A stretch of DNA of 63,976 bases, the filler included. It is 4 parts of 4 records of this genome, joined end to end, with 100 filler letters (N's around TTAATTAATTAA, not from the genome) between each part and the next. Parts side by side here need not be neighbours in the genome. Positions count along the whole stretch, not along the records: positions 40,085 to 57,478 come from SRR20825006_455; positions 57,579 to 63,976 come from SRR20825006_473; 2 more parts are not named here. One strand, given 5' to 3'. Position numbers and translations under genes: made by a program. The first letter of the stretch is position 1, and every line of letters begins with the position of its first letter. This document shows positions 50,863 through 60,694 of this stretch, piece by piece. The notes below the pieces were generated by a model that saw nothing but the letters and a program-made list of their open reading frames with translations, searched no databases and was not told where the DNA came from.

Positions 50863-51243
50863 TTATATTGAAGCAATAACGGAGATTTCAACATTTACAA
50901 ATTTCGGTAAGTTTGCTACTTCAACGGTTTCACGGGCTGGGGCAGTAGCTTCATCAAAATAAGTGCTATATACTTCATTTATAGCCGCAAAATTGTGCAT
51001 ATCACTAATAAAAATTGTGCTTTTCAATACGTTTTCAAAAGTCATTCCTGCTTCAGTTAGTATTGCTTTTAAATTCTCCATTACCAATTTTGTTTCAGTT
51101 TTGATGTCATCGATAACTAATTCTCCAGTTTTTGGATCAATGGCTATTTGCCCAGAAGTGTAAAGCATTGTTCCATTAAGTATCGCTTGATTGTATGGCC
51201 CAATTGGTGCTGGAGCATTTGGAGTAGTAATTATTTTTTTCAT
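50863..51243 (-). CDS. ridA: RidA/YjgF family enamine-imine deaminase
   Basis: APAPIGPYNQA, SGQI, PARET and VEI motifs; ATG at 51243. Confidence 0.92.
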   Translation of the reverse strand: MKKIITTPNAPAPIGPYNQAILNGTMLYTSGQIAIDPKTGELVIDDIKTETKLVMENLKAILTEAGMTFENVLKSTIFISDMHNFAAINEVYSTYFDEATAPARETVEVANLPKFVNVEISVIASI

Positions 51244-51291
51244 ATTCTTCAATAATTGATTTCTTTTTTTAAATTCTCATCATTCAAAAAA

Positions 51292-54054
51292 CTATAATCT
51301 CTTGTCGCTTTCTCTACGTTTATCGTATTTAATATCGCTAAGCACTGACGATTTTATTCCAACAAAGAAATACCAAGCCGTATTGATGCTGCCAATTGGC
51401 GTCCAATTAAAGCTCATTTGCCAGCTTTCTAAATCTCGCTGAAAACGAAATTGTGTTAATGTAACACCTTTATTTTTAAAATCATACCCAGAAGAAACAC
51501 CTACTGTCCATCGTGGTGCAAGCTCAAGGTTGGTGCTCATCATAAACGATTGACTTGAAATTTCATTTTGACGTTGGTTGTTACCATACGTAATGGTATA
51601 GGCAAAACGTACATCCCACGGAATGGTGTAATTATACCATTCTACATCCGTTTTATCCTTGTCATCCTCATCGTCCTCTTTATAGATTCGACCGTCATAA
51701 ATGTCTGAAGATTCACCAAATAAATCATCGGGTCTACCACCATTTCGGAAGGTTTCATTATCTACACCAGTATCTTTTCCAGAGCTTTCAAGGTCTTTAC
51801 TTGAAAAAGAGTAGTTGATGCTCACATTTGCATTTGTTAATCTGAAAAGACTTCCGCCGTTGTCAATATTAAACACATCGATTTTTTTATTAGTATTATC
51901 CAGCGCATACGGGTCTAATGTTCCACTGAAATTAAAATCGAGTTTATTTACAATAGGAATACTTCCAGTAAAGCGCAATGGGCTCCAGTTTAACGAATCA
52001 CCCGCTAAGTTATAGGCTGTTGAAAAGTTTAAATTATTTAGTAGAATTACCTTTTTAGGCTCTTTAGCAAGCGTATCACGATCGCGTACTTTGGCTTCAA
52101 AAGTATTGCTTAGGGAAAAACCTACATTGCTAGAATACACTTTCCCAGGCGCTCCGTACAGCGTGTTTTCAAAACGAGAATACGAAACAGTTTCACCAGC
52201 AGATTCTTCAGCTGTTAACGGAATTTGAAATTCGTCGTAATACCTATCAAAAGCAGGGTTGATGTTGTAGCTTATGGATGGGCGAACCACATGGCGAATG
52301 GCTTGTATTTTCTTCTCTTTTCCGAAGTTAAAAAGTCCGTAAAGTGTAGTTCCTAAGCTAGTTGAAAAATTATAAGTCCGGTAGCTTTCAAAACCAGAAA
52401 CAGTATCCTGAACAACGCCTCCAATTCCATCTAAAGCAGTTTCATCATAACGTTTTCGTGTGCTTTTAAGCACCCATGTTTCCTTAAAATTTGTTCCAGC
52501 GGAAGCGCTTAAATATTTTAGTACTTTGAAGTTTGTTGTAATGGGTATATTGTGTTGCGCGCCAATCTGTGCGTCATTAAACATTTCCGACTTAAAGAAA
52601 AGTGAATCGGTGGTTTCAATTCTATTTTCCGCAGCTACGTCATATTGAAAGTTTATATTCTGAAAAATACCTTTTTTAATTCCGTTTTTTGGAGCAAATG
52701 GATAAATTCTTGAAACACTTACATTCATATTTGGCAAGGACATTGAAATAGCATTTGTTTGCGTATTCTGTCTGTGTGTAGCAGCAAGTGTAAGGTTTAT
52801 TTGGGGATCGCCTTCAAAGGTTTTGGCATATGAAATTGATGAACTTAAGGTGTTTACTAGCGCACTCGCGTTATTTGTTTGGTTAATAGATTCATTAAAA
52901 TATTGACTACTTCCTAAGTTTACAGAAGCAGAAAAGCGTGAATTTGGATTGCTTTTTGGATCTTGTGTATGTGTCCATCGAATGTTATAAACACTACTTT
53001 CACTAAAACCAGGAAAACCTCTTTCTTCCTCTACAAGGCTTTCAAACCGCGCACTTATATTTCCTCTAAATTTATATTTTAAAACATAAGCAGATTCTCC
53101 ACGAAGTGCATAACTACCATTGGTGTAATAATCGCCCAAAAGTGTTAAATCTAAATAATCATTAATAGCGAAATAATATCCGCCATTCTGAAAGAAAAAC
53201 CCACGATTATTATTCTGTCCAAAAGAAGGTATAATAAACCCTGAAGTGCGTTCTTCAGTTAAAGGAAAATAGGCAAACGGCAATCCAATTGGAGTGGGTA
53301 CATCGGCAATATACATATTTGTAAGCCCTGTAACGATTTTCTTTTTAGGCACAAACTTGGCTTTTCGTGTATAAAAATAGTATTCAGGATCGTCTATGTT
53401 TTTTGAAGTAGTAAACTTTACATTTCGAAGATAAACAACGGAGTCGTTTACTTTTTTAGTTACTTCAGCAATCACATTAAAGCCATTTTGTTCTGTTCGG
53501 CTATTAAAAACCAAGGCTTTTTCTGAATCAAAATTATACCGAATGGAATCAGGTTCTACTTTGTTGGTGCCTTGCACAAAAATAGGGCGTTGGCTATAGG
53601 TTCCTGCGCTGTCAATTCCTTTAGCGTAGACTTCGTTTTTATTGTAATCTAAAATTATCAAACCTGCGTCAATACGCATATCTTCATAAATAATATATGC
53701 ATTATTATACATATATACTTTGTTTTCTTTTCTATTGAGAAGCACATAATCTTCTCCATAATAATCCACAATATTTGTTAGTGTTTCCTTGGGTGGTTTT
53801 ATGGAATCAGATTTTATAGTGTCTTGGTTTTTTTCATTAATTTCTTCAACAATAGGTTTTAGGTTTACAGAAAGCGTATCATCTTTTGTAGTTTTTAAAA
53901 TAGTGGCTTCATTTTTTGGAGGAATGTCCTGTGCGTGCAAAACACCACCGCTAATAAGCAGGAATGTTAAGAAAATTGTTAAGTAATGCCTATGTGTCTG
54001 CAATGCTACGATGCTATTATTTTGTAGATTTGGCTCAATATTTGAAACGGTCAA
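51292..54054 (-). CDS. lptD: Putative LPS assembly protein LptD, Bacteroidota type
   Basis: FTT, IADVPTP, SGFIIPSFG, NGGYY and RDLESWQMSFNW motifs; divergent from the amidase. Confidence 0.85.
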   Translation of the reverse strand: MTVSNIEPNLQNNSIVALQTHRHYLTIFLTFLLISGGVLHAQDIPPKNEATILKTTKDDTLSVNLKPIVEEINEKNQDTIKSDSIKPPKETLTNIVDYYGEDYVLLNRKENKVYMYNNAYIIYEDMRIDAGLIILDYNKNEVYAKGIDSAGTYSQRPIFVQGTNKVEPDSIRYNFDSEKALVFNSRTEQNGFNVIAEVTKKVNDSVVYLRNVKFTTSKNIDDPEYYFYTRKAKFVPKKKIVTGLTNMYIADVPTPIGLPFAYFPLTEERTSGFIIPSFGQNNNRGFFFQNGGYYFAINDYLDLTLLGDYYTNGSYALRGESAYVLKYKFRGNISARFESLVEEERGFPGFSESSVYNIRWTHTQDPKSNPNSRFSASVNLGSSQYFNESINQTNNASALVNTLSSSISYAKTFEGDPQINLTLAATHRQNTQTNAISMSLPNMNVSVSRIYPFAPKNGIKKGIFQNINFQYDVAAENRIETTDSLFFKSEMFNDAQIGAQHNIPITTNFKVLKYLSASAGTNFKETWVLKSTRKRYDETALDGIGGVVQDTVSGFESYRTYNFSTSLGTTLYGLFNFGKEKKIQAIRHVVRPSISYNINPAFDRYYDEFQIPLTAEESAGETVSYSRFENTLYGAPGKVYSSNVGFSLSNTFEAKVRDRDTLAKEPKKVILLNNLNFSTAYNLAGDSLNWSPLRFTGSIPIVNKLDFNFSGTLDPYALDNTNKKIDVFNIDNGGSLFRLTNANVSINYSFSSKDLESSGKDTGVDNETFRNGGRPDDLFGESSDIYDGRIYKEDDEDDKDKTDVEWYNYTIPWDVRFAYTITYGNNQRQNEISSQSFMMSTNLELAPRWTVGVSSGYDFKNKGVTLTQFRFQRDLESWQMSFNWTPIGSINTAWYFFVGIKSSVLSDIKYDKRRESDKRL

Positions 54055-54133
54055 AAATAAACATATTTTTTCGGGTACGTTTTTTTAAATCATTTTTTTG
54101 AAACATCAAATTTTATTAATCATTATAAGATAT

Positions 54134-55255
54134 ATGAAAACGAATATTTTTTCTTCTTTCGTATTAATAATTAGTCTTTTACTAGCTACAAGTATTTCCA
54201 TAGCTGCTGAAAAACCTACAAAACCTTTTGTTGTTGTTTTAGATGCAGGGCACGGAGGCCATGACCACGGTAACAAAGGTAATGGCTATAAAGAATCAGA
54301 AATAGCTCTTAACATAGTTTTAAAGGTAGGCGCCGAACTTGAGAAACTTCCAAATATAAAAGTTATATACACACGTAAAACGGATGTTTTTATCGAATTG
54401 CGTGAACGTGCCGCAATTGCAAATAAGGCAGATGCCGATCTTTTTGTATCGGTACATTGTAATGCGCACCACTCCGATGCTTACGGCGCGGAAACTTTTG
54501 TGCTTGGGTTGCATAAAAGTCAAGCGAACTTTGAGGTTGCTAAAAAAGAAAATGAAGTAATCTATCTGGAAGAAAACTATCAAGAAAAGTATGGTGGGTT
54601 CGATCCTAATGCTCCAGAATCGTTGATAGGCATGGTGTTAATGCAAGAAGAATACTTAGATCAGAGTATTTTATTAGCCAGTTTGGTACAGAATAATGTA
54701 ATAAATAACTTAAAACGTAAAGACAGAAGCGTTAAACAAGCAGGTTTTTGGGTACTTCACAATACGTATATGCCGAGTGTTTTAATTGAAACTGGTTTTT
54801 TAACTAATAAAAGTGAAGGAGCTTATTTAAATTCTGCCAAAGGACAAACGGAAATGGCTCGCGAAATAGAAAATGCGATTGAAAGTTATATTAAAAGTAT
54901 TTCGGTAAGCATTGAAAAACTAAAAGATCCAGAGATTGAGCATATTCAGGTTGAAAAAGTAATAGAAACTACCAAAGAAAATGTTTTTGATGGCGTAATT
55001 TTTAAGGTGCAATTAGCTGCTAGCAGTAGAAAGTTAGACCCTAAACCAAGTAATTTCAAAGGTTTAAAAGAAGTTACACGAGATAAAGAAGATGGACTTT
55101 TTAAATATTATTACGGGGAAACATCCGATTATAATAAAATTCAAGTAATGAAAACTTTTGTTCAGCAAAAAGGCTATCCATCTGCTTACATAGTTGCATT
55201 TAAAAAAGGAAAAAAAGTTAATCTTCCTGAAGTGTTAAAATCGAAAGGCATTTAA
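54134..55255 (+). CDS. N-acetylmuramoyl-L-alanine amidase (Amidase_3) with a SPOR-like tail
   Basis: LDAGHGG, FVSVHCNA and PSVLIETGF motifs; ATG 54134 preferred over TTG 54098. Confidence 0.92.
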   Translation: MKTNIFSSFVLIISLLLATSISIAAEKPTKPFVVVLDAGHGGHDHGNKGNGYKESEIALNIVLKVGAELEKLPNIKVIYTRKTDVFIELRERAAIANKADADLFVSVHCNAHHSDAYGAETFVLGLHKSQANFEVAKKENEVIYLEENYQEKYGGFDPNAPESLIGMVLMQEEYLDQSILLASLVQNNVINNLKRKDRSVKQAGFWVLHNTYMPSVLIETGFLTNKSEGAYLNSAKGQTEMAREIENAIESYIKSISVSIEKLKDPEIEHIQVEKVIETTKENVFDGVIFKVQLAASSRKLDPKPSNFKGLKEVTRDKEDGLFKYYYGETSDYNKIQVMKTFVQQKGYPSAYIVAFKKGKKVNLPEVLKSKGI

Positions 55256-55310
55256 TGTGCTTTCTTTATATTTATCATTTAAATTTGTTTAAAAATCTAA
55301 AACCACACAC

Positions 55311-56261
55311 TTGAAACTATCAAAGGAAGTAAAAACTGGGATTCTTGCTATTGGAGCCATATTATTATTAATTTTTGGCTACAGTTTTTTGAAAGGCACG
55401 AATTTATTAGACAAAAATCGTGAGTTTTTTGTGAAATACGATAACGTTGAAGGATTGGCACAAGCTGCTCCTGTAACTATTAACGGACTTACAGTAGGGA
55501 AGGTTCAGGAAATTTCATTTGCTAATTCTAAAGGGGGATTAATTGTGAAGTTTTCAGTAGAAAAAGATTTCGATTTTTCAAAAAATAGTGTAGTAAGAAT
55601 ATACAGCACAGGACTTATTGGTGGAAAATCATTAGGAATTTTTCCAGAATACGATATAAATAATATTGCTAAAAATGGCGATACACTTCGTGGCGATGTT
55701 GAAGATGGAATGTTAACTGCCGTAACAAAAGCTCTTGGCCCATTAGAAAAGAAAGTAAACAATACCTTAGCTACAGTTGATACACTTCTATTAAGTGTAA
55801 ACGCTATTGTTGATGAAAAAACACGTCAAAATTTAAAAGAAGCGATAGAAAATCTCAATAAAACCTTGAATTCATTTTCAGGAGTTTCTGAAAATCTAAA
55901 CCATATTCTTGCTACAAATACAGGGAAATTAGATAATACTTTTACAAATTTAGACAAGACCGCAGGAAATCTTTCTAAACTTACAGATTCCTTAGCACAG
56001 CTTGAAACAGGGAAATTGGTTACAAACCTTCAAAGCGTTGTCGATAAAATGGACAATATTGTTTCAGGTATTGATAATGGTGACGGTTCCATAGGAAAGC
56101 TTTTAAAGGACGATAAACTTTATGAAAATTTAGAAGGAGCTTCAAGACAATTAGAACAGCTTCTTCAAGATGTTAAGCTAAACCCGAAACGATACGTTCA
56201 CATTTCTGTTTTTGGTAAAAAAAATAAAGAATACGAAACTCCAGACAACCCAGAAAAATAG
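55311..56261 (+). CDS. MlaD/MCE family protein
   Basis: KEVKTG + TM helix, GLAQAAPVTINGLTVGKV, GLIGGK, DVKLNPKRYV. Confidence 0.9.
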   Translation: MKLSKEVKTGILAIGAILLLIFGYSFLKGTNLLDKNREFFVKYDNVEGLAQAAPVTINGLTVGKVQEISFANSKGGLIVKFSVEKDFDFSKNSVVRIYSTGLIGGKSLGIFPEYDINNIAKNGDTLRGDVEDGMLTAVTKALGPLEKKVNNTLATVDTLLLSVNAIVDEKTRQNLKEAIENLNKTLNSFSGVSENLNHILATNTGKLDNTFTNLDKTAGNLSKLTDSLAQLETGKLVTNLQSVVDKMDNIVSGIDNGDGSIGKLLKDDKLYENLEGASRQLEQLLQDVKLNPKRYVHISVFGKKNKEYETPDNPEK

Positions 56262-56264
56262 ACC

Positions 56265-57478
56265 ATGCAGTACATCCCGAATTTACTTTTTATAATAGCA
56301 CTTGCAGCGGGTATTGGTTATTTTACCAGCAACATCCGAAAAATAATTCGCAACATTAAGTTAGGGCAGGAAGTGGATGCTTCCGATAATGTAGTCCAAA
56401 GGTGGAAAAATGTAGCGCTTATAGCCCTTGGACAATCAAAAATGGTTGTAAGACCCATACCTGGTTTATTACATATTATAGTATATCTTGGGTTTGTAAT
56501 AATCAATATTGAAGTAATCGAAATTATTATCGATGGAATTTTCGGTACACACCGCGTTCTTTCTGGAATACTTCCTGTTGGAGTATACAACTTTTTAATA
56601 GCATCCTTCGAAATATTAGCATTGCTTGTTTTACTAGGAGTAATCGTTTTTTGGACACGAAGAAATATTCAAAAATTAAAACGATTTTGGGCAAACGAAA
56701 TGAAAGGTTGGCCAAAAAGCGACGGAAATATTATTTTATATTTTGAAATGGTCTTAATGATTTTATTTCTTACAATGAATGCTGCCGACCAATCTTTACA
56801 AGCCATGGGTGCCGCACATTATGTGGAAGCTGGATCATTTCCTATAAGTCAATATATAGTACCATTTTTTAGTAATTTTTCAGAAGGAACATTAATTATT
56901 ATTGAACGTAGCGCATGGTGGCTTCATATATTGGGGATACTGGCTTTTCTTAATTATTTGTATTTTTCAAAACACCTTCATATTATGTTGGCTTTTCCAA
57001 ATGTTTACTTCGGAAAAGTGGTTCCAAAAGGGCAATTCAAAAACCTTGATTCTGTTACAAATGAAGTGAAAATGATGATGGATCCAAGTATAGATCCGTT
57101 TGCAGCTCCTGCTGAAGACGCTACAGCAGCCCCAGCAAAATTTGGAGCAAGCGATGTAATGGATTTAAATAGAATTCAATTACTAAATGCATATACCTGT
57201 ACTGAATGTGGTCGTTGTACCAGTGAATGCCCAGCAAACATTACAGGTAAGAAACTTTCACCTAGAAAAATAATGATGGATACTCGCGACCGTTTGGAAG
57301 AAGTTGGGAATAACATCAATAAAAATGGGGGGTTTAAACCAGACGGAAAACAACTTTTAGACGATTATATAACGCGGGAAGAACTTTGGGCGTGTACAAG
57401 CTGTAACGCCTGTGTAGAAGCTTGCCCTGTGAGTATTGACCCGTTGAGTATTATTATGGATATGCGTCAGTATTTAGT
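56265..57478 (+). CDS. Membrane Fe-S oxidoreductase (FadF/HdrC-like); 3' end truncated
   Basis: TM domain, SKHLH, and CTECGRCTSECP and CTSCNACVEACP ferredoxin motifs. Confidence 0.88.
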
Positions 57479-57578
57479 NNNNNNNNNNNNNNNNNNNNNN
57501 NNNNNNNNNNNNNNNNNNNNNNTTAATTAATTAANNNNNNNNNNNNNNNNNNNNNNNNNNNNNNNNNNNNNNNNNNNN
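57479..57578. other. Artificial contig linker
   Basis: N-run with TTAATTAATTAA, 100 bp. Confidence 0.98.
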
Positions 57579-58187
57579 GGCACCTATTTCCTGTTGTTCA
57601 AAAAGGAGCTCCTGTCCTTAAAGGCGGAGTCGAAGAGTGGTAAACAGTCTGAAGAGCCTATTCCAGCATGGGTGACTCTTGTTCATCTCTTGTTTCTTGG
57701 TTTCACCGTAGCGATGGCCCATCATCCCGCCTTGGTGATCGGAGGCTTTTTATTCTTCATAGCCTTTGCTCAGGCAACGGGTCATCACCAAAGCAAGGTA
57801 GATTTGCGCATGCCGATGCTGGTGGGATTTTTCCTGGCGGGTTTGGTGATTCACGGGGGATTGCAGGGCTGGTGGATCGAACCGGTGCTCGGTTCGCTCG
57901 GTCGGGTCCCTCTCTTTGTCGGAGCCACGGTTTTGACTGCCTTCAACGACAACGCGTTGATCACTTATCTGGCGACCTTGGTGCCAGAGTTTAGCGATGA
58001 ATTGAAATTGGCGGTGGTCAAAGGTGCGGTGACCGGTGGTGGCCTGACCGTCATCGCGAATGCGCCCAACCCCGCTGGTCAATCAATTTTGCAGCGCCAC
58101 TTCGAAGACGGAGTGTCCCCGCTGGGATTGTTGTTCGGCGCCATTGTTCCGACGATTATAGTCGGTGCGGTTTTCCTCTGCTTGTGA
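57579..58187 (+). CDS. Putative Na+/H+ antiporter (DUF1504-like); 5' end truncated
   Basis: Frame open from the contig edge; LTAFNDNALITYL and GGGLTVIANAPNPAG motifs. Confidence 0.8.
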   Translation, partial: GTYFLLFKKELLSLKAESKSGKQSEEPIPAWVTLVHLLFLGFTVAMAHHPALVIGGFLFFIAFAQATGHHQSKVDLRMPMLVGFFLAGLVIHGGLQGWWIEPVLGSLGRVPLFVGATVLTAFNDNALITYLATLVPEFSDELKLAVVKGAVTGGGLTVIANAPNPAGQSILQRHFEDGVSPLGLLFGAIVPTIIVGAVFLCL

Positions 58188-58192
58188 GTGTG

Positions 58193-59227
58193 CTAGTTCC
58201 GAACCAAGGCGCGTAATTCCGCCGAGGATAGGAGACAGTCAATCAGGTAGGCGCGACTGACGTTTTGCGAGAGCTGACGTAAGTAGAATTCGCGTCCTTC
58301 CTGATCGGGCTCACGATTCAGAATCGTGCGAAAAGCGGAAGTCACAAACTCCTCGGGGGATTTGTCGCGAGTGGCTTGGTGAAAGTTTCGGGTATGATCA
58401 TGCAGGCAACACGTGCCGTCGATGATCGCATCGAGGTCAGCCTGATCGGTCGCCGATGAGAGGCGCGTGAGCAGGGCTTGGGTTCCCTCGCGGTTCCACG
58501 CCGGTGGACGGGGGCTGACCAGTGCGGTGGGCTTAACCGAATCGAGCTGCGCGGTCAGCCAATAATACTGGGTCGCTTCGCCCCAGGTATCGATGATTCT
58601 GAAGCCTGCTTCGGTGAGAATCCGGCGGATTTCAGCCGGTTTAAACCACACTCCTAGCCAGGTATCGCTGCCTTTCCAAAACGGCCGGGCGCGGCCATCG
58701 ACTTGAAACTTGAAAATGCCGCCGGGCTTCAGAGCACGTGCGACTTCCCGGATGTAGCGGATGATCGCCTGCTTGGAGGGGATGTGTTGAAAGACCACAA
58801 ACGAGAAAGCGAAATCGAGCGAATCGTCGTCCAGCATCGCGAGTGAACCGTCGGTCGTATCGAGTTGCACATTCGAGAGATCAGCGAGCAGGTCGCGTCC
58901 GCGGGAAATCATGCCCGGTGCAATATCCACTCCATGGGCTTGCGCGACCCGGGACGCGAGCGGGCGAACGATTCGGCCGACGCCGCAGCCGATTTCCAGA
59001 GCGGTGGCTTCAGGTTGCAGGTCGATGTCGCAGAGAATGAGTTGGGCGAGATCGGTTTCTCCGGAAGCCCAAAAGAGGGTATCCGATTCCGCGTAGCCAC
59101 GACCGATGTAGCCGTAGGCATCGCTTTGTGCACGCTGTTCCCACTCGCGTTGCATCCGCGTAGTGGGTTGCCACCACCTGCTAACAAGCCTGCGCCAAAA
59201 TCGTGGTCCGCCAATGGGTGATTGCAT
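58193..59227 (-). CDS. Class I SAM methyltransferase with a C-terminal DUF4214-like domain
   Basis: LEIGCGVGR, VFQHIP and LKPGG motifs; tail ILNREPDQEGREFYL...LLSSAE. Confidence 0.8.
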   Translation of the reverse strand: MQSPIGGPRFWRRLVSRWWQPTTRMQREWEQRAQSDAYGYIGRGYAESDTLFWASGETDLAQLILCDIDLQPEATALEIGCGVGRIVRPLASRVAQAHGVDIAPGMISRGRDLLADLSNVQLDTTDGSLAMLDDDSLDFAFSFVVFQHIPSKQAIIRYIREVARALKPGGIFKFQVDGRARPFWKGSDTWLGVWFKPAEIRRILTEAGFRIIDTWGEATQYYWLTAQLDSVKPTALVSPRPPAWNREGTQALLTRLSSATDQADLDAIIDGTCCLHDHTRNFHQATRDKSPEEFVTSAFRTILNREPDQEGREFYLRQLSQNVSRAYLIDCLLSSAELRALVRN

Positions 59228-59269
59228 GAGGCGAAGAGCAGAAAGAAACCCTTCGTCGGGGGCAAGGCA

Positions 59270-60544
59270 TCAGGGGAATAAGCCGCGACTTTCTTTGGCC
59301 GTGGCCACGCGTTCAATCCCGAGAGTCAGGGCCGCGAGGCGTCGGCTAAACTTGAATTTACGCTTTTGAAATTCCACGGAGTCCTTCGCTTTATCGAGGA
59401 TTACAAAGAGTTTTTTGAGCACTTCGTCGCGATCCCAGTAATAATTCTGCAGATTTTGGAGCCACTCAAAATAGGAGACGACCACGCCGCCGGCATTGCA
59501 GAGCACGTCAGGGATGACTTCGATGTCACCCCGCGCATCGATTACCTTATCGGCTGCATTGCTGGTGGGCCCGTTGGCGGCTTCGGCGAGGAGACGGCAT
59601 TTCAATCTGGAGGCATTCTCCTTGGTAATCACGCGTTCGAGAGCAGCGGGCACGAGAACGGTGCATTCCAATTCGAGGAGCTGCTCGTTGGTGATGTGTT
59701 CCCCGAGGTGATAATCTTCGAGGGTTCGCGCGTAACGGAGGTAGGCGAGGGCCTTTTCGATATCGATTCCGTTGGCGTCGTAGATGGCTCCGGTGTAATC
59801 AGAAATGGCGATGATCTTTGCTCCATAGCCCGCCATTGCCCGGGCCGTTTCACTGCCGACATTGCCGAAGCCCTGGATCGCGACGGTCGCCTGTCCAATC
59901 GGGATTTTCATGTCCTCGAGATACTTCTTAATGAGATAAGCGACACCCGCTCCGGTCGCTTCGCGTCGGCCTTGGGAACCGCCGAGGGCGATGGGTTTAC
60001 CTGTCACAACGCCGGGTTCGTTATGGCCGACATGATTGGAATAAGTGTCCATCATCCAGCCCATGATTTGCTCGTTGGTGCCCAGATCAGGAGCCGGGAT
60101 ATCAATCTGCGGACCAAAGAAATTGATCATCTCCTGCATGTAACGTCGGGACAGCCGTTCCAATTCCTTGAGGGAAAGTTGCGAAGGATTCACAATCACG
60201 CCACCCTTCGCGCCACCGTAGGGCAGGCCCACGAGGGAACACTTCCAGCTCATCCACATGGAGAGAGCGGCGACTTCACCGATCGTCACATCCTGGTGGA
60301 ATCGAATACCGCCTTTGGAGGGACCGGTGGAAAGGTTATGCTGCACCCGGTAGCCTTCATAAACGGTTACCGAACCATCGTCGCGGCTGATGGGGAGTGC
60401 GACGGCCATGCAGCGGCGGGGATATTTGGTGCGATCCCGTATCGATTCGGGAAGGTTGATGGCATCGGCAGCGGTGTCGAATTGGCGGCAGGCCATTTTG
60501 AAAACCGCTGAATCGTAGAGAGAGGAAACAATGACTTTGGACAT
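59270..60544 (-). CDS. gdhA: Glu/Leu/Phe/Val dehydrogenase (glutamate dehydrogenase)
   Basis: GPSKGGIRF, GGAKGG, VTGKP, QGFGNVG, EAANGP and NAGGVVVSYFEW motifs. Confidence 0.93.
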   Translation of the reverse strand: MSKVIVSSLYDSAVFKMACRQFDTAADAINLPESIRDRTKYPRRCMAVALPISRDDGSVTVYEGYRVQHNLSTGPSKGGIRFHQDVTIGEVAALSMWMSWKCSLVGLPYGGAKGGVIVNPSQLSLKELERLSRRYMQEMINFFGPQIDIPAPDLGTNEQIMGWMMDTYSNHVGHNEPGVVTGKPIALGGSQGRREATGAGVAYLIKKYLEDMKIPIGQATVAIQGFGNVGSETARAMAGYGAKIIAISDYTGAIYDANGIDIEKALAYLRYARTLEDYHLGEHITNEQLLELECTVLVPAALERVITKENASRLKCRLLAEAANGPTSNAADKVIDARGDIEVIPDVLCNAGGVVVSYFEWLQNLQNYYWDRDEVLKKLFVILDKAKDSVEFQKRKFKFSRRLAALTLGIERVATAKESRGLFP

Positions 60545-60694
60545 GAGGAAACCCGGGGGATTGAGGCTCAGAGCGGGGAACTCCGTGTTGGTATGGAGGT
60601 CACGATGGAGAGACTTGTGTGATTAGCAATTGGCATTGCCCGACGGTTTGCTTCCATCAACTGACGTTCCGGCCTCATAAGAATCGGTGAAACC

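Noticed and set aside
59366-60511. 381-aa plus-strand ORF
   Set aside because: Antisense shadow of gdhA with no recognisable motifs; expected from codon bias
60620-60650. sigma54 promoter between gdhA and the unknown gene
   Set aside because: GG-to-GC spacing does not match the required 10 nt on either strand
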